Source: Leptospira sp. (GTDB lineage Bacteria > Spirochaetota > Leptospiria > Leptospirales > Leptospiraceae). From it: a stretch of 64,000 nucleotides of DNA. The DNA lies in contig JAWXAQ010000035.1 of the NCBI GenBank assembly GCA_034439575.1, forward strand, positions 32,001 to 96,000, in the 5' to 3' direction. Positions 48,434 through 60,802 of this stretch are shown here, in pieces. The number at the start of each line of letters is the position of its first letter. Positions within the stretch are counted from its first letter, which is position 1. A model generated the notes under the pieces. The model saw only the letters and a program-made list of their open reading frames with translations, searched no databases and was not told the DNA's origin. Position numbers and translations under genes: made by a program.

Positions 48434-49561
48434 TTAAATTTTGACGCCAGCTTTTAAATTTGTTTGGTATTTTAAATATGCGATAATAAAAGGATCAATA
48501 TCTCCATCCATAACAGGGCTTATATTTCCAGTTTCATAATCGGATCGATGGTCTTTAACCAAGTTATAAGGATGAAACACATAACTTCGGATTTGCGAAC
48601 CCCAAGAAATATCTCTTTTTTCGCCCGCTTTTTTTTCATTTTCTTCTTCAGCTTTTTGTTTTTCCAATTCGTACAATCGTGCCTTTAACATTTTCATGGC
48701 AGTATCTCTGTTTTTTATTTGAGACCTTTCCATCTGACACGATACTACGATACCTGTCGGAATATGAGTCATGCGAACTGCTGAGTCAGTGGTGTTCACG
48801 TGCTGTCCACCAGCACCTGAGGATCGAAACACATCTACTCTCAAATCTTTTTCTTCAATGACAATTTTAATATCATCATCCACTTCAGGAGTCACATACA
48901 CGGAAGCAAAACTTGTGTGTCTTCGTTTATTTGAATCAAATGGTGAGATGCGAACAAGTCTATGAACACCAGATTCACATTTTAAGTAACCAAAAGGATG
49001 ATCACCTTTTACGTACAAGGTGGCATTTTTGATTCCAGCCGTTTCACCTGGTTGGTAATCCACTAAGTCTGCTTTATATCCCTTTTTCTCGCAATAACGA
49101 GTGTACATACGAAGAAGCATATCAGCCCAATCTTGTGATTCAGTACCGCCAGCTCCAGGATGGATATTTATAAATGCAGGTTTATTATCATCTTTACCCG
49201 AAAGTGCATCTAACATCTGTAGATCTTCGAATTTTTCGAATAATTTTTGAAAATCTTCATTTAAAGTTGGTAATCCGTCTTCGCCTAACTCTTCAATGAT
49301 TAATGATATCAATTCTGGGAATTCGGTTAGTTCTTTTTTAAGTTCGAGCCAGGGATCCAATTTTAATTGTAATTCGTTACGTTTTTGTGTAGTCGTTTTT
49401 GCTAAATCAGGATTGTCCCAAAGTGTAGGATCATTCGACTTTTCAACTAACGATTGCAATCTGTCATAATCTTCCTGAAAATTATGTAATTCCCAATAAT
49501 CCTTAAAATGTTGGATCATTTCTCCAGTTTGTTTAATAAGTTCTTTCTGTGAAAGTTCCAT
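48434..49561 (-). CDS. prfB: Peptide chain release factor 2 (continuous ORF)
   Basis: [24 protein letters not shown]. Confidence 0.97.
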   Translation of the reverse strand: MELSQKELIKQTGEMIQHFKDYWELHNFQEDYDRLQSLVEKSNDPTLWDNPDLAKTTTQKRNELQLKLDPWLELKKELTEFPELISLIIEELGEDGLPTLNEDFQKLFEKFEDLQMLDALSGKDDNKPAFINIHPGAGGTESQDWADMLLRMYTRYCEKKGYKADLVDYQPGETAGIKNATLYVKGDHPFGYLKCESGVHRLVRISPFDSNKRRHTSFASVYVTPEVDDDIKIVIEEKDLRVDVFRSSGAGGQHVNTTDSAVRMTHIPTGIVVSCQMERSQIKNRDTAMKMLKARLYELEKQKAEEENEKKAGEKRDISWGSQIRSYVFHPYNLVKDHRSDYETGNISPVMDGDIDPFIIAYLKYQTNLKAGVKI

Positions 49562-49615
49562 GGTCTTGTAATATCAGCCTTATAGTATTTGAGATATTTA
49601 AAAGCGAAAATCAAT

Positions 49616-50455
49616 TTAGAAAAGCGAGTCTTTTCGAATTCTCTCCACTTCCCATTGAAAAGTGGTTTCACGCAGCTGTGGAGTATTCCCTTCAACAGTT
49701 GAAACGAGAGAATAACGGGACTCTTCACCATAGACATCTGGTAGTTTCTTTAGAATCAATTTTCCTGCTTGGATTAAATTGATCACATGCAACAAAAAAG
49801 GATCTTTTTCCTTTTTTGACATTTCTTCCATAGCATAATAAAATGTACTTAGGTCTTTATAAAACCAATCCATATATTCATTTTTTCCAAATGCCCAAAT
49901 CTGATTTAATTCGATTTCAGATTCTTGGATCAGAGATTTTCCAAGAAAGGGTTTTTGCAATAATCTACATTGAAAATAAATTTCAAAATTTATATCTCTA
50001 TCTCCGCCTTTTTCATAATCCACTCCGATCCAGCGAATCCATGATTTTTTTTCACGGATCGGCAATGAAGGTATCAATGCAAAAAGGTAACCTTGATCTT
50101 TAAAAATTCTTTCATGGGCTAAATATTCCAATATTTCTAATGGAATCATATAATGTCCCTTTTTCCATTGAACGACAAAGGGAATCGTTTCGAGTAACAA
50201 ATATTCGGCTGGCGTTTCTATGCGCGTTGTATCACCAAACTGAGTTAAAACAAAAATAAAAGACAATAATTCTTGCCTACTCAAGCCACTTAAAATATCA
50301 ACAGAACCACCTAGTTGTTGCAAGGTTCTCCTGATCATAAGATGTTGTTGGAGTTGTGTTTGGTTTTCTGAAAGGATAATGCCTAAATGTTTTTCTAAAT
50401 TTCTAAGGCTGCCTTTTTCAAAGCTATCCACATTGCCAGAAATTGCAAACGGCAT
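49616..50455 (-). CDS. Hypothetical protein
   Basis: 279-aa ORF coupled to the purD stop. Confidence 0.75.
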   Translation of the reverse strand: MPFAISGNVDSFEKGSLRNLEKHLGIILSENQTQLQQHLMIRRTLQQLGGSVDILSGLSRQELLSFIFVLTQFGDTTRIETPAEYLLLETIPFVVQWKKGHYMIPLEILEYLAHERIFKDQGYLFALIPSLPIREKKSWIRWIGVDYEKGGDRDINFEIYFQCRLLQKPFLGKSLIQESEIELNQIWAFGKNEYMDWFYKDLSTFYYAMEEMSKKEKDPFLLHVINLIQAGKLILKKLPDVYGEESRYSLVSTVEGNTPQLRETTFQWEVERIRKDSLF

Positions 50456-51732
50456 TAAAGCGCTCTCCGACCTATATCTTTTCTATAAAAAGTATCCGGG
50501 GCTCTCAACTTAGAAAGATAATGATAACAATAGTCTAATGTTTCTTTCAATGTTGCAGAAACAGCTGTAATGCCAAGAATGCGCCCACCAGTGGAAACAG
50601 TTTTATTGTTTTCTATTTTTGTGCCAGCATGAAATACAATTATTGGTGATTCTTCCGTAACTAAATCGATCGGTATTCCTTTTTTTGGAGTATCAGGATA
50701 ACCATTGGCGGCAAGCACAACTACGGCACTAGCACCATGGATTGTCTTTGGGCTTCTTGTTTCCAAAGATTTTGTAGATGCTTGGTACATTAAAACCAGT
50801 AAATCTTCATCTAACAAACGCAACACACACTGAGTTTCTGGATCTCCAAATCTACAATTGAATTCTACGACATTGGCAATGCCTTCAGAAGAAATCATTA
50901 GCCCAACATACAATAAACCTTTGTAAGGATGGCCGATATTCTTAAATTCAGCTAACATTGGTTTTATAATCGTATTTTCAACATTTTTCAAAATTGTGGA
51001 GGTCACAATTGGTGCAGGTGCATAAGCTCCCATGCCACCAGTGTTCGGTCCTATATCTCCATCAAACGCTCGTTTGTGATCTTGAGCAGCAGGCAAACAC
51101 AAATAATGTTCCCCATCAGTGATAACAAATAATGATGCTTCGTTTCCCTCTAAAAATGATTCAATGACAACTTTTTCACCGCTTGAACCAAATTTTTGTT
51201 CCAAAAAAATATCATCTAGAGCTTGTATAATTTCTTCTTTTTGAAACGCTACGGTCACACCTTTGCCAGCCGCTAAACCATCCGCTTTGATCACAAGCGG
51301 CAAAATTTGTTTTTGGCAATATGCCCAAGCGGAAGTATGATCGGAAAAAACAGCATAAGATGCTGTGGGAACCTTTGCCTTTTGCATCATCTCTTTGGCA
51401 AAGTGTTTTGATCCTTCAATTTGGGCACAATAAGCAGATGGTCCAAAACAAGGAACTCCCACTTCTTCGCACCAATCAGCTAAACCTTTGACTAAGGGAT
51501 CTTCCGGTCCGACTACCACCAAATCCGTATTTGATGATCTCAAATACTTCAAAAACAATTCTTTATCTTCGATACTAATTTGAACATTTGTTAAAATTAA
51601 ATGGTTTGGAATTCCGGCATTGCCAGGAAAAACCTTAAGCTCACCCAAATTAGGCGAAAGAAGAAGTGAGTTTGCGATTGCATGCTCGCGACCTCCCCCG
51701 CCAATCAATAAAACTTTTAAATTACTTTTCAA
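50455..51732 (-). CDS. purD: Phosphoribosylamine--glycine ligase
   Basis: [40 protein letters not shown]. Confidence 0.97.
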   Translation of the reverse strand: MKSNLKVLLIGGGGREHAIANSLLLSPNLGELKVFPGNAGIPNHLILTNVQISIEDKELFLKYLRSSNTDLVVVGPEDPLVKGLADWCEEVGVPCFGPSAYCAQIEGSKHFAKEMMQKAKVPTASYAVFSDHTSAWAYCQKQILPLVIKADGLAAGKGVTVAFQKEEIIQALDDIFLEQKFGSSGEKVVIESFLEGNEASLFVITDGEHYLCLPAAQDHKRAFDGDIGPNTGGMGAYAPAPIVTSTILKNVENTIIKPMLAEFKNIGHPYKGLLYVGLMISSEGIANVVEFNCRFGDPETQCVLRLLDEDLLVLMYQASTKSLETRSPKTIHGASAVVVLAANGYPDTPKKGIPIDLVTEESPIIVFHAGTKIENNKTVSTGGRILGITAVSATLKETLDYCYHYLSKLRAPDTFYRKDIGRRAL

Positions 51733-54412
51733 TTTTTTCTAGAGCTCTCACAATACTTTCTAATTTTTCTTTCCAGGTTGTATGCTTTTCTCTTTCTTTT
51801 TCAACAACTTCCGGTTTTGCTTTTTCCACAAATGATGGATTATTAATTTTAGATTCTAATTTTTCCATTTCCATTAGAATCTGTTTTTTCTCTTTTTCTA
51901 ATCTTTGTTTTTCTTTTTCAAAATCAAAGATTCCGGCAAGAGGTAAAATCACTTCGCCAATGGAGAATGCACCGACCGAATCCGTATTCTCCACCTTATA
52001 ACCGTTATCAAATGTGATGATTTCTGCCTTCGTTAGCTGAAGAATAGATTTCAATTCTTTTTGAATCATGTCGATCAAAGGTTTATCATTTAATTTAAGA
52101 ATTATCTGACATTTTTTCTCAGGTTTTACACCGAGTTCGGCGCGCATATTTCGCACTTTTGTTACAATTTCCTGAACATTTAACATCCTTTTGACGGAAG
52201 GATTTTCCGCAGAAACACCATAAGGTGATGGGAAAGGAGTTAAAGAAATTAAATCACTCGAAAGGAGTGAATGGATCTCTTCTGTTAAAAAAGGCATAAA
52301 CGGATGTAATAGTCCGAGTGCTTTGACCAAAATACTAACTAAAACTTGTCGCGCTTGTTCTTGTGATTCTACGGTAACGTTTCCATAAATTCGAGCTTTA
52401 GAAAGTTCTAAATACCAATCACAAAAAGAACCCCAGATAAAATCATAAATCAAATTTGCCATCTCAAAAAAATGATAATTAGAATATGCCTTCTCATATG
52501 CAGTTAATGTTTTATCAAACTCATGCAATATCCATAAATCAGTTTCTTCTAATGTATTTAAATCTAAAGGTTTGATTTGAAAATCATCAGATAAATTCAT
52601 AAAAATAAATCTGCTGGAATTCCAAATTTTATTACAGAAAGATCGATATCCATCTAACCTAGATTCGTCGAACAAGATATCCTTTCCTTCCGGAAGTACT
52701 GCCGCCAAAAAGAAGCGAAATGAATCCGTTCCGTATTTTGACATCATGTCCAATGGATCGATTACATTGCCGAGAGATTTACTGAATTTTTTTCCATCCT
52801 TGTCACGAACAAGTCCATGTATCAAAACTTTATGGAATGGAACATCCCCCATAAATTTCAAACCAGACATCATCATTCGAGCCACCCAAAAAAAGATAAT
52901 GTCAAAGCCAGTGACAAGAACTGAGGTAGGATAATATTTTTTTAACTCTTCATTTTGATCAGGCCAACCAAACACTGTGAAGGGCCAAAGTCCCGAAGAG
53001 AACCATGTATCTAAAACATCTTCATCTTGCTTTAAATCCGAAATATTTATATGGTTTCCTGATTTTTTAAATAATTCAACAGCTTCTTCTATGGATTCAG
53101 CTACAACATAACTACCGTCAGGTGCATAATAGGCAGGGATTCTATGACCCCACCATAACTGTCTAGAAATGCACCAATCTTTGATATTTTCCATCCATTC
53201 AAAATATGTCTTTTCCCACATTTTTGGCTGGAATTGAACCTTACCTATTCTGACTGCTTCCAGAGCTGGTTCAGATAATGGTTTAATTTTTACGAACCAC
53301 TGAGTCGATAACAATGGTTCGATGACGGCACCACCCCTTTGGTTATGGCCTATACTATGAACATGCGTTTCTATTTTTTCTATAAAACCTAATAATTCTA
53401 ATTCTTCTACGACTTTCTTTCTAACCTCAAAACGATCCATACCAACATACTTACCTGCATGTTGGTTCAGAGTTCCGTCTAGGTTCATGACATTTACCGG
53501 TGTCAAACCAAGTCTTTGGCCTGCTTCAAAGTCATTGATATCATGGGCTGGTGTAATCTTTACAAGACCAGACCCAAATTCTTTATCAACGAATGTATCA
53601 AATAAAATAGGGATTTCTTTATTTGCGATTGGTAAAACAACCATCTCATCTTTTAGATTCGTATAACGAACATCATCTGGATGGGCACATACGGCAACGT
53701 CACCAAACATTGTTTCTGGCCGAGTTGTTGCTACAACTATATACTCGGATGTTTTTAAATCTTTTATCGATTTTCCTGCTTTGATGGCAGAAACTTTAGG
53801 ATATCGGATGTGATAAAGTTTTCCTTGTTTTTCTTTGTATTCGACTTCAATATCTGAGATCGCAGTTTTTGTAACAGGGCACCAATTGATTATCCGTTCT
53901 CCGCGGTATATCAATCCTTCTTCATAGAGTTTTTTAAAAACGAGAATCACAGCTTTTGACAAACCTTCATCAAAAGTAAATCTCTCTTTAGACCAATCAA
54001 CTGATTCACCAAGTAACCGTTGTTGTCTGGTGATCATACCGCCAGAATGTGCCTTCCATTCCCAAACTTTTTTTATAAATTCTTCTCGAGTGTAATCAGT
54101 TCGTTTTTTACCTTCTTTGGCAAGTTCCCGTTCGACTACGACTTGTGTGGCAATCCCCGCATGATCCATTCCAGGAACCCAAACTACGTTTTTCCCTTTT
54201 TTTCTTTCAATGCGGATGATTATATCTTGGATCGTATGATTGAGGGCGTGGCCAATATGTAAATTTCCAGTGACGTTAGGTGGAGGAATAACAATCGAAA
54301 ACGATTCTTTTGCCTTGGTATTTGGGGAAAAAGCTTTTGTTTCTTCCCACTTTTGAATCCATTTTGACTCAACAGATTCAGGTTCGTATCGATCGGAAAG
54401 TTGTCTATTCAT
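51722..54412 (-). CDS. valS: Valine--tRNA ligase
   Basis: [32 protein letters not shown] 54412. Confidence 0.98.
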   Translation of the reverse strand: MNRQLSDRYEPESVESKWIQKWEETKAFSPNTKAKESFSIVIPPPNVTGNLHIGHALNHTIQDIIIRIERKKGKNVVWVPGMDHAGIATQVVVERELAKEGKKRTDYTREEFIKKVWEWKAHSGGMITRQQRLLGESVDWSKERFTFDEGLSKAVILVFKKLYEEGLIYRGERIINWCPVTKTAISDIEVEYKEKQGKLYHIRYPKVSAIKAGKSIKDLKTSEYIVVATTRPETMFGDVAVCAHPDDVRYTNLKDEMVVLPIANKEIPILFDTFVDKEFGSGLVKITPAHDINDFEAGQRLGLTPVNVMNLDGTLNQHAGKYVGMDRFEVRKKVVEELELLGFIEKIETHVHSIGHNQRGGAVIEPLLSTQWFVKIKPLSEPALEAVRIGKVQFQPKMWEKTYFEWMENIKDWCISRQLWWGHRIPAYYAPDGSYVVAESIEEAVELFKKSGNHINISDLKQDEDVLDTWFSSGLWPFTVFGWPDQNEELKKYYPTSVLVTGFDIIFFWVARMMMSGLKFMGDVPFHKVLIHGLVRDKDGKKFSKSLGNVIDPLDMMSKYGTDSFRFFLAAVLPEGKDILFDESRLDGYRSFCNKIWNSSRFIFMNLSDDFQIKPLDLNTLEETDLWILHEFDKTLTAYEKAYSNYHFFEMANLIYDFIWGSFCDWYLELSKARIYGNVTVESQEQARQVLVSILVKALGLLHPFMPFLTEEIHSLLSSDLISLTPFPSPYGVSAENPSVKRMLNVQEIVTKVRNMRAELGVKPEKKCQIILKLNDKPLIDMIQKELKSILQLTKAEIITFDNGYKVENTDSVGAFSIGEVILPLAGIFDFEKEKQRLEKEKKQILMEMEKLESKINNPSFVEKAKPEVVEKEREKHTTWKEKLESIVRALEKIEK

Positions 54413-54589
54413 AAGGTGGAAATTTTCTTGCACTTACTATGTTTTGGCACTCTGCTAGGGGTCAAGGAATCTATTGGATTCCTCTTGAAAGTGATTGGTC
54501 GAGTTAAATTATGTCACATCGTCCGCTTTGTAAATACAAAGGAAAAGATGTGATTTGACAGAAAACATTCGTGCCAGAACTTGGAAGGC

Positions 54590-54739
54590 ATGAACGCAAA
54601 AACTGCAAAAATTCTTGGTAAATATGCCGTACTCAAGGGTGTTTCTGAAAAACAATTGAAACGCGAGTGGCAATCCCTTTCACAATTTGACAAAGATAAA
54701 AAAAGACAAGATATCCTCAAAGAAATCGTCAAACCATAA
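54590..54739 (+). CDS. Small hypothetical protein (49 aa)
   Basis: MNAKTAKILGKYAVLKG...; TAATG overlap with the next gene; TTGACA upstream. Confidence 0.65.
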   Translation: MNAKTAKILGKYAVLKGVSEKQLKREWQSLSQFDKDKKRQDILKEIVKP

Positions 54740-55200
54740 TGAATCATAGGTCGTTGTTTTATAAACTTTCGACCGTCTGCATTTTATTTCTTTTTGTTTC
54801 GGCATCAAATTCTTGTAAATTATCTGAGACTGATCCTACTCTTTCCGTTTATACAAATTCACTCATTCTTGCAAAAAATCAAAATCAAAAACTCCTAGTG
54901 ATTTTTGGCGCTGATTGGTGCCCAGATTGTAGAGCTTTTGATGTCTTGTTGCGTGAGAAAAAAATATCGGAATTAATCCTTAAAAAATTCCTTATATTAA
55001 AAATTGATGTAGGGCAATTCGATCAAAACTTGGCACTTAATAGCCGTTTGGGTAATCCAATTGCAAATGGCATCCCTTCAGTTGTCATCATCGATCCATT
55101 AAACCCTGAAAAAATTGTCGCAAGCACAAAGGGTGGAGAATTTTCTACAGCAAGCCAAATGACAGCCGAACAAGTATATAAATACTTTGTCCAGTATTGA
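54739..55200 (+). CDS. Exported thioredoxin-like protein
   Basis: FGADWCPDC, GIP; N-terminal signal. Confidence 0.85.
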   Translation: MNHRSLFYKLSTVCILFLFVSASNSCKLSETDPTLSVYTNSLILAKNQNQKLLVIFGADWCPDCRAFDVLLREKKISELILKKFLILKIDVGQFDQNLALNSRLGNPIANGIPSVVIIDPLNPEKIVASTKGGEFSTASQMTAEQVYKYFVQY

Positions 55201-55739
55201 TGCATCAAATATCGATTATGCGAACGTCATCAAATCATTTCCCTAACAAAATAATAATTTTCCTTATCATAATTGCTCTACAACTACCTATTTTTTCGGA
55301 AGAAATAAAACAATTTAGCGTTGGAGATATTTTTCCAACCTTAGATTTAAAAGACCAATTTGATCAAACTAGAGAAATCTCACCAAACACAAAAAAGGTG
55401 ATATTTATTGCAGATATGGATGCGAGTAAAACCATTCACTCTATATTAGAAAAGGAAGATAAAAACTATTTAGAATCCAAACAGATTATTTTAATTTCTG
55501 ACATTCATAAAATGCCATCTATCATCACTTCACTTTTTGCCCTTCCTAAAATGAAAAAATATTCCTATACCATTCATTTGATCAGAGAAGAAAAGATTGG
55601 GGATCCATTTCCTAGAACTAAAGGTTCTGCCACATTGATCAAACTGGATTCTCGTAAAATCATAGAAATTAAACAATCTGCAATTGCTTCGGAAATACAG
55701 GAATTTATAACAAATTCCTCCTCTTCAGACCGAAAATAG
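55197..55739 (+). CDS. Exported hypothetical protein (redoxin-like fold, no CxxC)
   Basis: Signal-like segment, L-x-DQF, ALPKMKKY. Confidence 0.6.
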   Translation: MMHQISIMRTSSNHFPNKIIIFLIIIALQLPIFSEEIKQFSVGDIFPTLDLKDQFDQTREISPNTKKVIFIADMDASKTIHSILEKEDKNYLESKQIILISDIHKMPSIITSLFALPKMKKYSYTIHLIREEKIGDPFPRTKGSATLIKLDSRKIIEIKQSAIASEIQEFITNSSSSDRK

Positions 55740-55856
55740 CACCAATTTTGCCATAATTTTGGAACAAATTTCCCAAAAGGGATAAATTGTTCTTGAAACA
55801 CTGTTCCTTTTTGTTTACTTTCAGTCACTTAGAGCTTATTCTGTGAGTGAGAAATT

Positions 55857-57281
55857 ATGAAATTACCAAAAGTTTGTGTGATCGGTGCTGGTTCTTCCGG
55901 AATCACTGTGATCAAATCTCTGAAAGAAAACAATATCCCTTTTGATTGCTATGAAAAAGGAAGCGATGTCGGTGGCAATTGGCGTTTCAAAAATGATAAT
56001 GGAATCAGCAATATCTATAAATCCCTACATATCAATACACACCGCGACCGTATGGAATTTCGTGATTTCAAAATGCCGACGGATTATCCTGATTATCCGA
56101 ACCATGAACCCATTCAAAGATACTTTCAATCTTATGTGGATCACTTTGGACTAAGAAAACACATTCAATTCAAAAATGGTGTTAAAAAAGTAGAACAAAC
56201 TCCTGAGGGAATTTGGAAAGTGACACCCGAAAAAGGTCCATCAAAATATTATGATGTGTTAGTTGTTGCTAATGGTCATCATTGGAGTGAAAGATGGCCG
56301 AATCCTGCTTTTCCTGGAAAATTTTCTGGTGAAATCATGCATTCTCATTCTTACATTGATCCTAAAACACCAGTTAACTGCGAAGGTAAAAATGTTGTGA
56401 TACTAGGTATGGGAAATAGTGCGATGGATATCTCTGTCGAACTTTCTCGTCCAGGTGTTTCAAAAAAAGTATTTTTATCTGCACGAAGAGGTGCTTATGT
56501 GATCCCAAATTATTTATTTGGAAAACCATTAGATAAGTTAACAGAAAAAATGCCTACTTGGATACCTTTCCCTATCCAACAAACACTCGCTCATCTATTG
56601 ATTCGTTATGGTGTTGGAAAAATGGAAGATTTTGGATTACCAAAACCTGATCATAAATTTGGTTCTGCTCATCCTACTATTTCTCAAGACTTACTTGTTA
56701 GGTTAGGCAGGGGTGATATTCATCCAAAGCCAGTCATTAAAGAATTAAAAGGCAAAAAAATCCAGTTTGCAGATGGAACTGAAGAAGAAGCAGACGTTTT
56801 GATTTACTGTACGGGATACAATATTAAATTTCCATTTTTTGATGAAGATTTTATTTCAGCACCCGACAATTATATCCCTCTATACTATAAAATGTTTAAA
56901 CCAGGATTCAACAATCTAATGTTTGTTGGTCTTATGCAACCTCTAGGTGCCATAATGCCGATTGCAGAAAGACAAGGGAAATGGATCGCTCAGTATCTAA
57001 CTGGAAATTATTCATTACCGAATGAAAAAGATATGATCACCTGGATCAAAGAAGATGAAGAAGCTATGAAAAAGAGATATGTTTCTAGCACTCGTCATAC
57101 GATACAAGTTGACTTTGATATTTTTATGGCCCAAGTGGAAAAAGAAATGAAACAGGGAAAATCGCGTGCAGATTCTAGCGGAAATTCACTTCCGATTCCC
57201 GCAAAGGCAGAACAATTTGGCCAGTTTTCAACAGGGCAAACGAAAGTTCTAAGTTCAAAAAAGGCATTGTCAAAAGCATAA
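55857..57281 (+). CDS. Flavin-containing monooxygenase
   Basis: GAGSSG, FxGxxxHxxxY (FSGEIMHSHSY), GMGNSA, CTGY. Confidence 0.93.
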   Translation: MKLPKVCVIGAGSSGITVIKSLKENNIPFDCYEKGSDVGGNWRFKNDNGISNIYKSLHINTHRDRMEFRDFKMPTDYPDYPNHEPIQRYFQSYVDHFGLRKHIQFKNGVKKVEQTPEGIWKVTPEKGPSKYYDVLVVANGHHWSERWPNPAFPGKFSGEIMHSHSYIDPKTPVNCEGKNVVILGMGNSAMDISVELSRPGVSKKVFLSARRGAYVIPNYLFGKPLDKLTEKMPTWIPFPIQQTLAHLLIRYGVGKMEDFGLPKPDHKFGSAHPTISQDLLVRLGRGDIHPKPVIKELKGKKIQFADGTEEEADVLIYCTGYNIKFPFFDEDFISAPDNYIPLYYKMFKPGFNNLMFVGLMQPLGAIMPIAERQGKWIAQYLTGNYSLPNEKDMITWIKEDEEAMKKRYVSSTRHTIQVDFDIFMAQVEKEMKQGKSRADSSGNSLPIPAKAEQFGQFSTGQTKVLSSKKALSKA

Positions 57282-57301
57282 ATCATTACAATTTAAAACA
57301 A

Positions 57302-58024
57302 ATGAAACGATTCTGTTTCTTTGTTTTACTTTTTACCTTTATAGGATGCCAATCATCAAAAGGATTTGCCTATACTGGAAATCCTTTGTTTGGTTGGCTT
57401 GGTAGCAGTTCCTTCGAAAGAAAAACGGATACCACATCCATTTTTAAAAGATACCCACAAGTGATCGCAAACGAATTTGAATTTCCGGCTGGTGGCAAAT
57501 TTGCGGAAGGCTTTTACATAGCACAAAAGTTTGGCGTTGAAAATGCGAAATTTGGAAACCGACTTCATCTCGGCGAAGATTGGAATTTTATTGGTGGCGG
57601 TGATTCAGATTTTGCATCACCCGTGTATTCCATTGCTGATGGTGTTGTGAGCCTCATCGCCAATTACGGTGGCGGTTGGGGGAAAGTCATCCGAGTAGTC
57701 TACAAACTACCAAATAACGGATCGCTCGGTGATACATACATTGAAGCTTTATATGCTCATCTTTATACGATAGAGGTTGAACCTTCTCAAATTGTGAGAC
57801 GTGGGGAATGGTTAGGTAGCATCGGGGATGCAGGTGGCAAATATCCATCTCACCTACATTTTGAACTGAGAGAAAAAAAAGATGCACCACTTGGAGGTGG
57901 TTATGCGGTATCAGCAGAAGGATACCTGCATCCTACAAAATTTTTAATCCAACAACTTGCAAAAGAGAAAAAACTAACAGAAGAACAATTTGCTTACGAA
58001 CGCATTGTGCCAGCACAACCATAA
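57302..58024 (+). CDS. M23 family metallopeptidase lipoprotein
   Basis: FIGC lipobox, HLGED, YAHL, HLHFE. Confidence 0.9.
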   Translation: MKRFCFFVLLFTFIGCQSSKGFAYTGNPLFGWLGSSSFERKTDTTSIFKRYPQVIANEFEFPAGGKFAEGFYIAQKFGVENAKFGNRLHLGEDWNFIGGGDSDFASPVYSIADGVVSLIANYGGGWGKVIRVVYKLPNNGSLGDTYIEALYAHLYTIEVEPSQIVRRGEWLGSIGDAGGKYPSHLHFELREKKDAPLGGGYAVSAEGYLHPTKFLIQQLAKEKKLTEEQFAYERIVPAQP

Positions 58025-58039
58025 AAATTTTTTAAGGTT

Positions 58040-58378
58040 TTAAAATCCCTTCATCAAATCTAAAACTTCATCTTCCTTAACACCATTTGTGTCATAAAAA
58101 TTTGCATGAATTTCAAACAACTCTTCACCAGGAAGTTTTGTTGATTTCAAAACTTTGACGATAAAATCTACAGAACCTGTCATCGATATTTGTTTCACTG
58201 AAACTTTAACGATACTTGCCACTTCGATATCTGTTGGACGAAGCATCACAATACCTCTAGCACTAATGTGTTTGTGTACATCGTAATCTTTTAGGATTTC
58301 TAAATTGATTTCGAAAGAAGGAGGGATTTCAGTATAATGATTTGGTTTCATGGGAACTCGGTACTTAGTTACAAACAT
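58040..58378 (-). CDS. PilZ-like fold protein (degenerate motifs)
   Basis: ISARG resembles D/NxSxxG; RxxxR absent. Confidence 0.45.
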   Translation of the reverse strand: MFVTKYRVPMKPNHYTEIPPSFEINLEILKDYDVHKHISARGIVMLRPTDIEVASIVKVSVKQISMTGSVDFIVKVLKSTKLPGEELFEIHANFYDTNGVKEDEVLDLMKGF

Positions 58379-58430
58379 AAGAGGAGTTTAACTTCTCTCA
58401 ATTACTATTTTATGACAGATTCATAAAACT

Positions 58431-60023
58431 TTATCGAAAAAACCAATTAAAGCAACCGAGAAGTAAAATCAAACCCGCTCCCCAAGCCAAGATCTTTGGA
58501 TTCCAAAAATCTTGTTCTCTGTCTCGAGAAGAATACATAAGCCCTTCAAGATCTCGACCTAATACTGGTTTTTCGATAAAACTCACAATCACCATGCTTA
58601 AAAAACATACAAGTCCAGAGAAGATAGCGCCATAGAAATTTGATACCATTGCCGATTTGTAGGTAATTATACCAAAAATTGTAAATATATAATGTGAAAT
58701 CCCGGCTATGGTTCCAAGTAACATTCCATAAAATGCACTCCATGGCGAAGCCTTTTCCCAAAACATACCTAACAAAAATATAGAAATCAAAGGTGCGCTA
58801 AAAAATGAGAATAATAACTGGATATAGTTCATAATATTTTCGAATCGCATAGCAATGTATGATGCGAAAACGGCAAACAAAACGGCAAACATAGTAGATC
58901 TTTTTCCTATTTTCAAATAATAAGAATCGGATTCATTTTTTTTGATATAAGTTTGGAAGATATCATACGTAAAAATAGTATTGAGTGCCGTTATGGAACT
59001 AGACATCCCTGCCATAAATGCGGCAAGTAGTGCCGTCGTCCCTAAACCTAACATGCCGGAAGGATAAAATTCTCGAAGTAAGATCAAAAAACTTTTGTTA
59101 TACTCTCCATTCAATTCTTCTTTGAATTGAGTGAGTGCAATAAGTCCAGGAATCACTGTTAAAAATGGTAAAAATAATTTAAACACAGCACCGATAAGTG
59201 GCGTTCTTCTAGCCGCTTGGAAATCTTTTGCCGCCATTGCCCTTTGCACTTCTGTGAAACCACAGGTCCAATAAGAAAACGAAAGCACAAATCCCAAACC
59301 AACTGTGACGGATAAAATATCCCAACCCAAAGGATTATTGCCATTTGGTAAATAAATCCACATATGTTTGTGCGTTTCTGGAACTTGGGCAAGTAGTCCG
59401 TCCCAACCTCCAGCCTTAACGATTCCTATCCATACAAGGGGAAATAATCCAAATACAGTTAGAAAAAACTGCATCACTTCTGTATAAATTGAAGAACTAA
59501 GACCACCAAAGTAAGTATAAACAAGAACAATAACAGCGCTAATCAAAATAGATAGATGTGGATTCCATCCAAACATGATATCAAAAATTAGCGATAATGA
59601 ATATAAATAGATACCTGAACCTAATGCGAGTGAAACGAGTGTGATAAGTGAATTGAGTAAGTGGGCAGGACGATTAAATCTATAACGAAGGTATTCAGGA
59701 ACAGATCGAATTCTGGAAGAATAATAAAATGGCATCATAAAAATACCTAGAAAAATCATTCCAGGTATGGCTCCTAAATAATAGAAATGAAATGTCATAA
59801 ACCCATATTCGGCACCACTGGCACTCATACCTAACAATTCCAAGGCGGAAATATTCGCGGAGATAAAGGCAATGCCCGTGACCCAACCTGGTATTTTACG
59901 GCCCGCCAGTAAAAAATCCGATGAGCCTTGCATCTTTTTTTTCAGCAAATAACCTATGATAATCATAAAAAATATAAAAACAAAAAGAATTAAATAGTCT
60001 ATTGGTTGTAAGGTGGATTTCAT
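58431..60023 (-). CDS. Sodium:solute symporter (SSS) family transporter
   Basis: DFLLAGR, YTYFGGL, VQRAMAA, LLAAFMAGMSS; many TM segments. Confidence 0.92.
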   Translation of the reverse strand: MKSTLQPIDYLILFVFIFFMIIIGYLLKKKMQGSSDFLLAGRKIPGWVTGIAFISANISALELLGMSASGAEYGFMTFHFYYLGAIPGMIFLGIFMMPFYYSSRIRSVPEYLRYRFNRPAHLLNSLITLVSLALGSGIYLYSLSLIFDIMFGWNPHLSILISAVIVLVYTYFGGLSSSIYTEVMQFFLTVFGLFPLVWIGIVKAGGWDGLLAQVPETHKHMWIYLPNGNNPLGWDILSVTVGLGFVLSFSYWTCGFTEVQRAMAAKDFQAARRTPLIGAVFKLFLPFLTVIPGLIALTQFKEELNGEYNKSFLILLREFYPSGMLGLGTTALLAAFMAGMSSSITALNTIFTYDIFQTYIKKNESDSYYLKIGKRSTMFAVLFAVFASYIAMRFENIMNYIQLLFSFFSAPLISIFLLGMFWEKASPWSAFYGMLLGTIAGISHYIFTIFGIITYKSAMVSNFYGAIFSGLVCFLSMVIVSFIEKPVLGRDLEGLMYSSRDREQDFWNPKILAWGAGLILLLGCFNWFFR

Positions 60024-60148
60024 AAATTTTTATTTTTTCTTCTAAATTTAAAATAGGAATTAAAAGAATTTAATGGGAAAATTTTCACTTTAAAAGTATA
60101 TTTTTTCTTGCGTTTCCATATTTTGAATCAGTTTTAGAATTTCATATT

Positions 60149-60670
60149 ATGATTGAGAAAAAACCTCTTGATGACTCAAATTTTGGACTTTTTGCCAATA
60201 AAAAATATCAAATAGGAGATATGATTCTTACGGAAGCTATGTGGTATGCGGATCTGACAGAGGATTGGATCACACTTTCGGTTGAGGAAATACAATCATT
60301 AGATCACAAAAAGCGAGAAGCTTTTTTAACTTATAGTTTTGATGTCGCCTTTGGCCAAACTAAGGGTACGTTTAGCACAATGGCTCTCATGAATCCTGCC
60401 AACTTCATCAACCATGCCTGCGACCCAAATACGGAATTTGATGGCCATGACAATATATTGGCAAGAAAGGAAATTCAAGAGAATGAACAATTAACAATCG
60501 ATTATGCAACCTTCACAGTCAATTTTGATCAAACTTTTGTTTGTGGATGTGGATCTTCCTATTGCCGTAAGCAGATTAAAAAAGACGATTGGAAAGGAAT
60601 TTCAAAACCTGGAGGATACAATTTAGCAAAATTCATTCGAATCACCCTGAATCATCCTTCTCATTCGTAA
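60149..60670 (+). CDS. SET domain protein with post-SET motif
   Basis: FGLFA, FINHACDPN, QLTIDY, CGCGSSYCR. Confidence 0.9.
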   Translation: MIEKKPLDDSNFGLFANKKYQIGDMILTEAMWYADLTEDWITLSVEEIQSLDHKKREAFLTYSFDVAFGQTKGTFSTMALMNPANFINHACDPNTEFDGHDNILARKEIQENEQLTIDYATFTVNFDQTFVCGCGSSYCRKQIKKDDWKGISKPGGYNLAKFIRITLNHPSHS

Positions 60671-60802
60671 GATTTTTACTCCTGTTTTTCTAATTTTGAC
60701 CGATTTTGAGAATAGAATCAAACCATTGACAAATTGTTTCGTCCGATAAAAAAGACTTTTCGAATTATGTCACATAAGTAGTTTGATTCCGACGGAGGCC
60801 TT

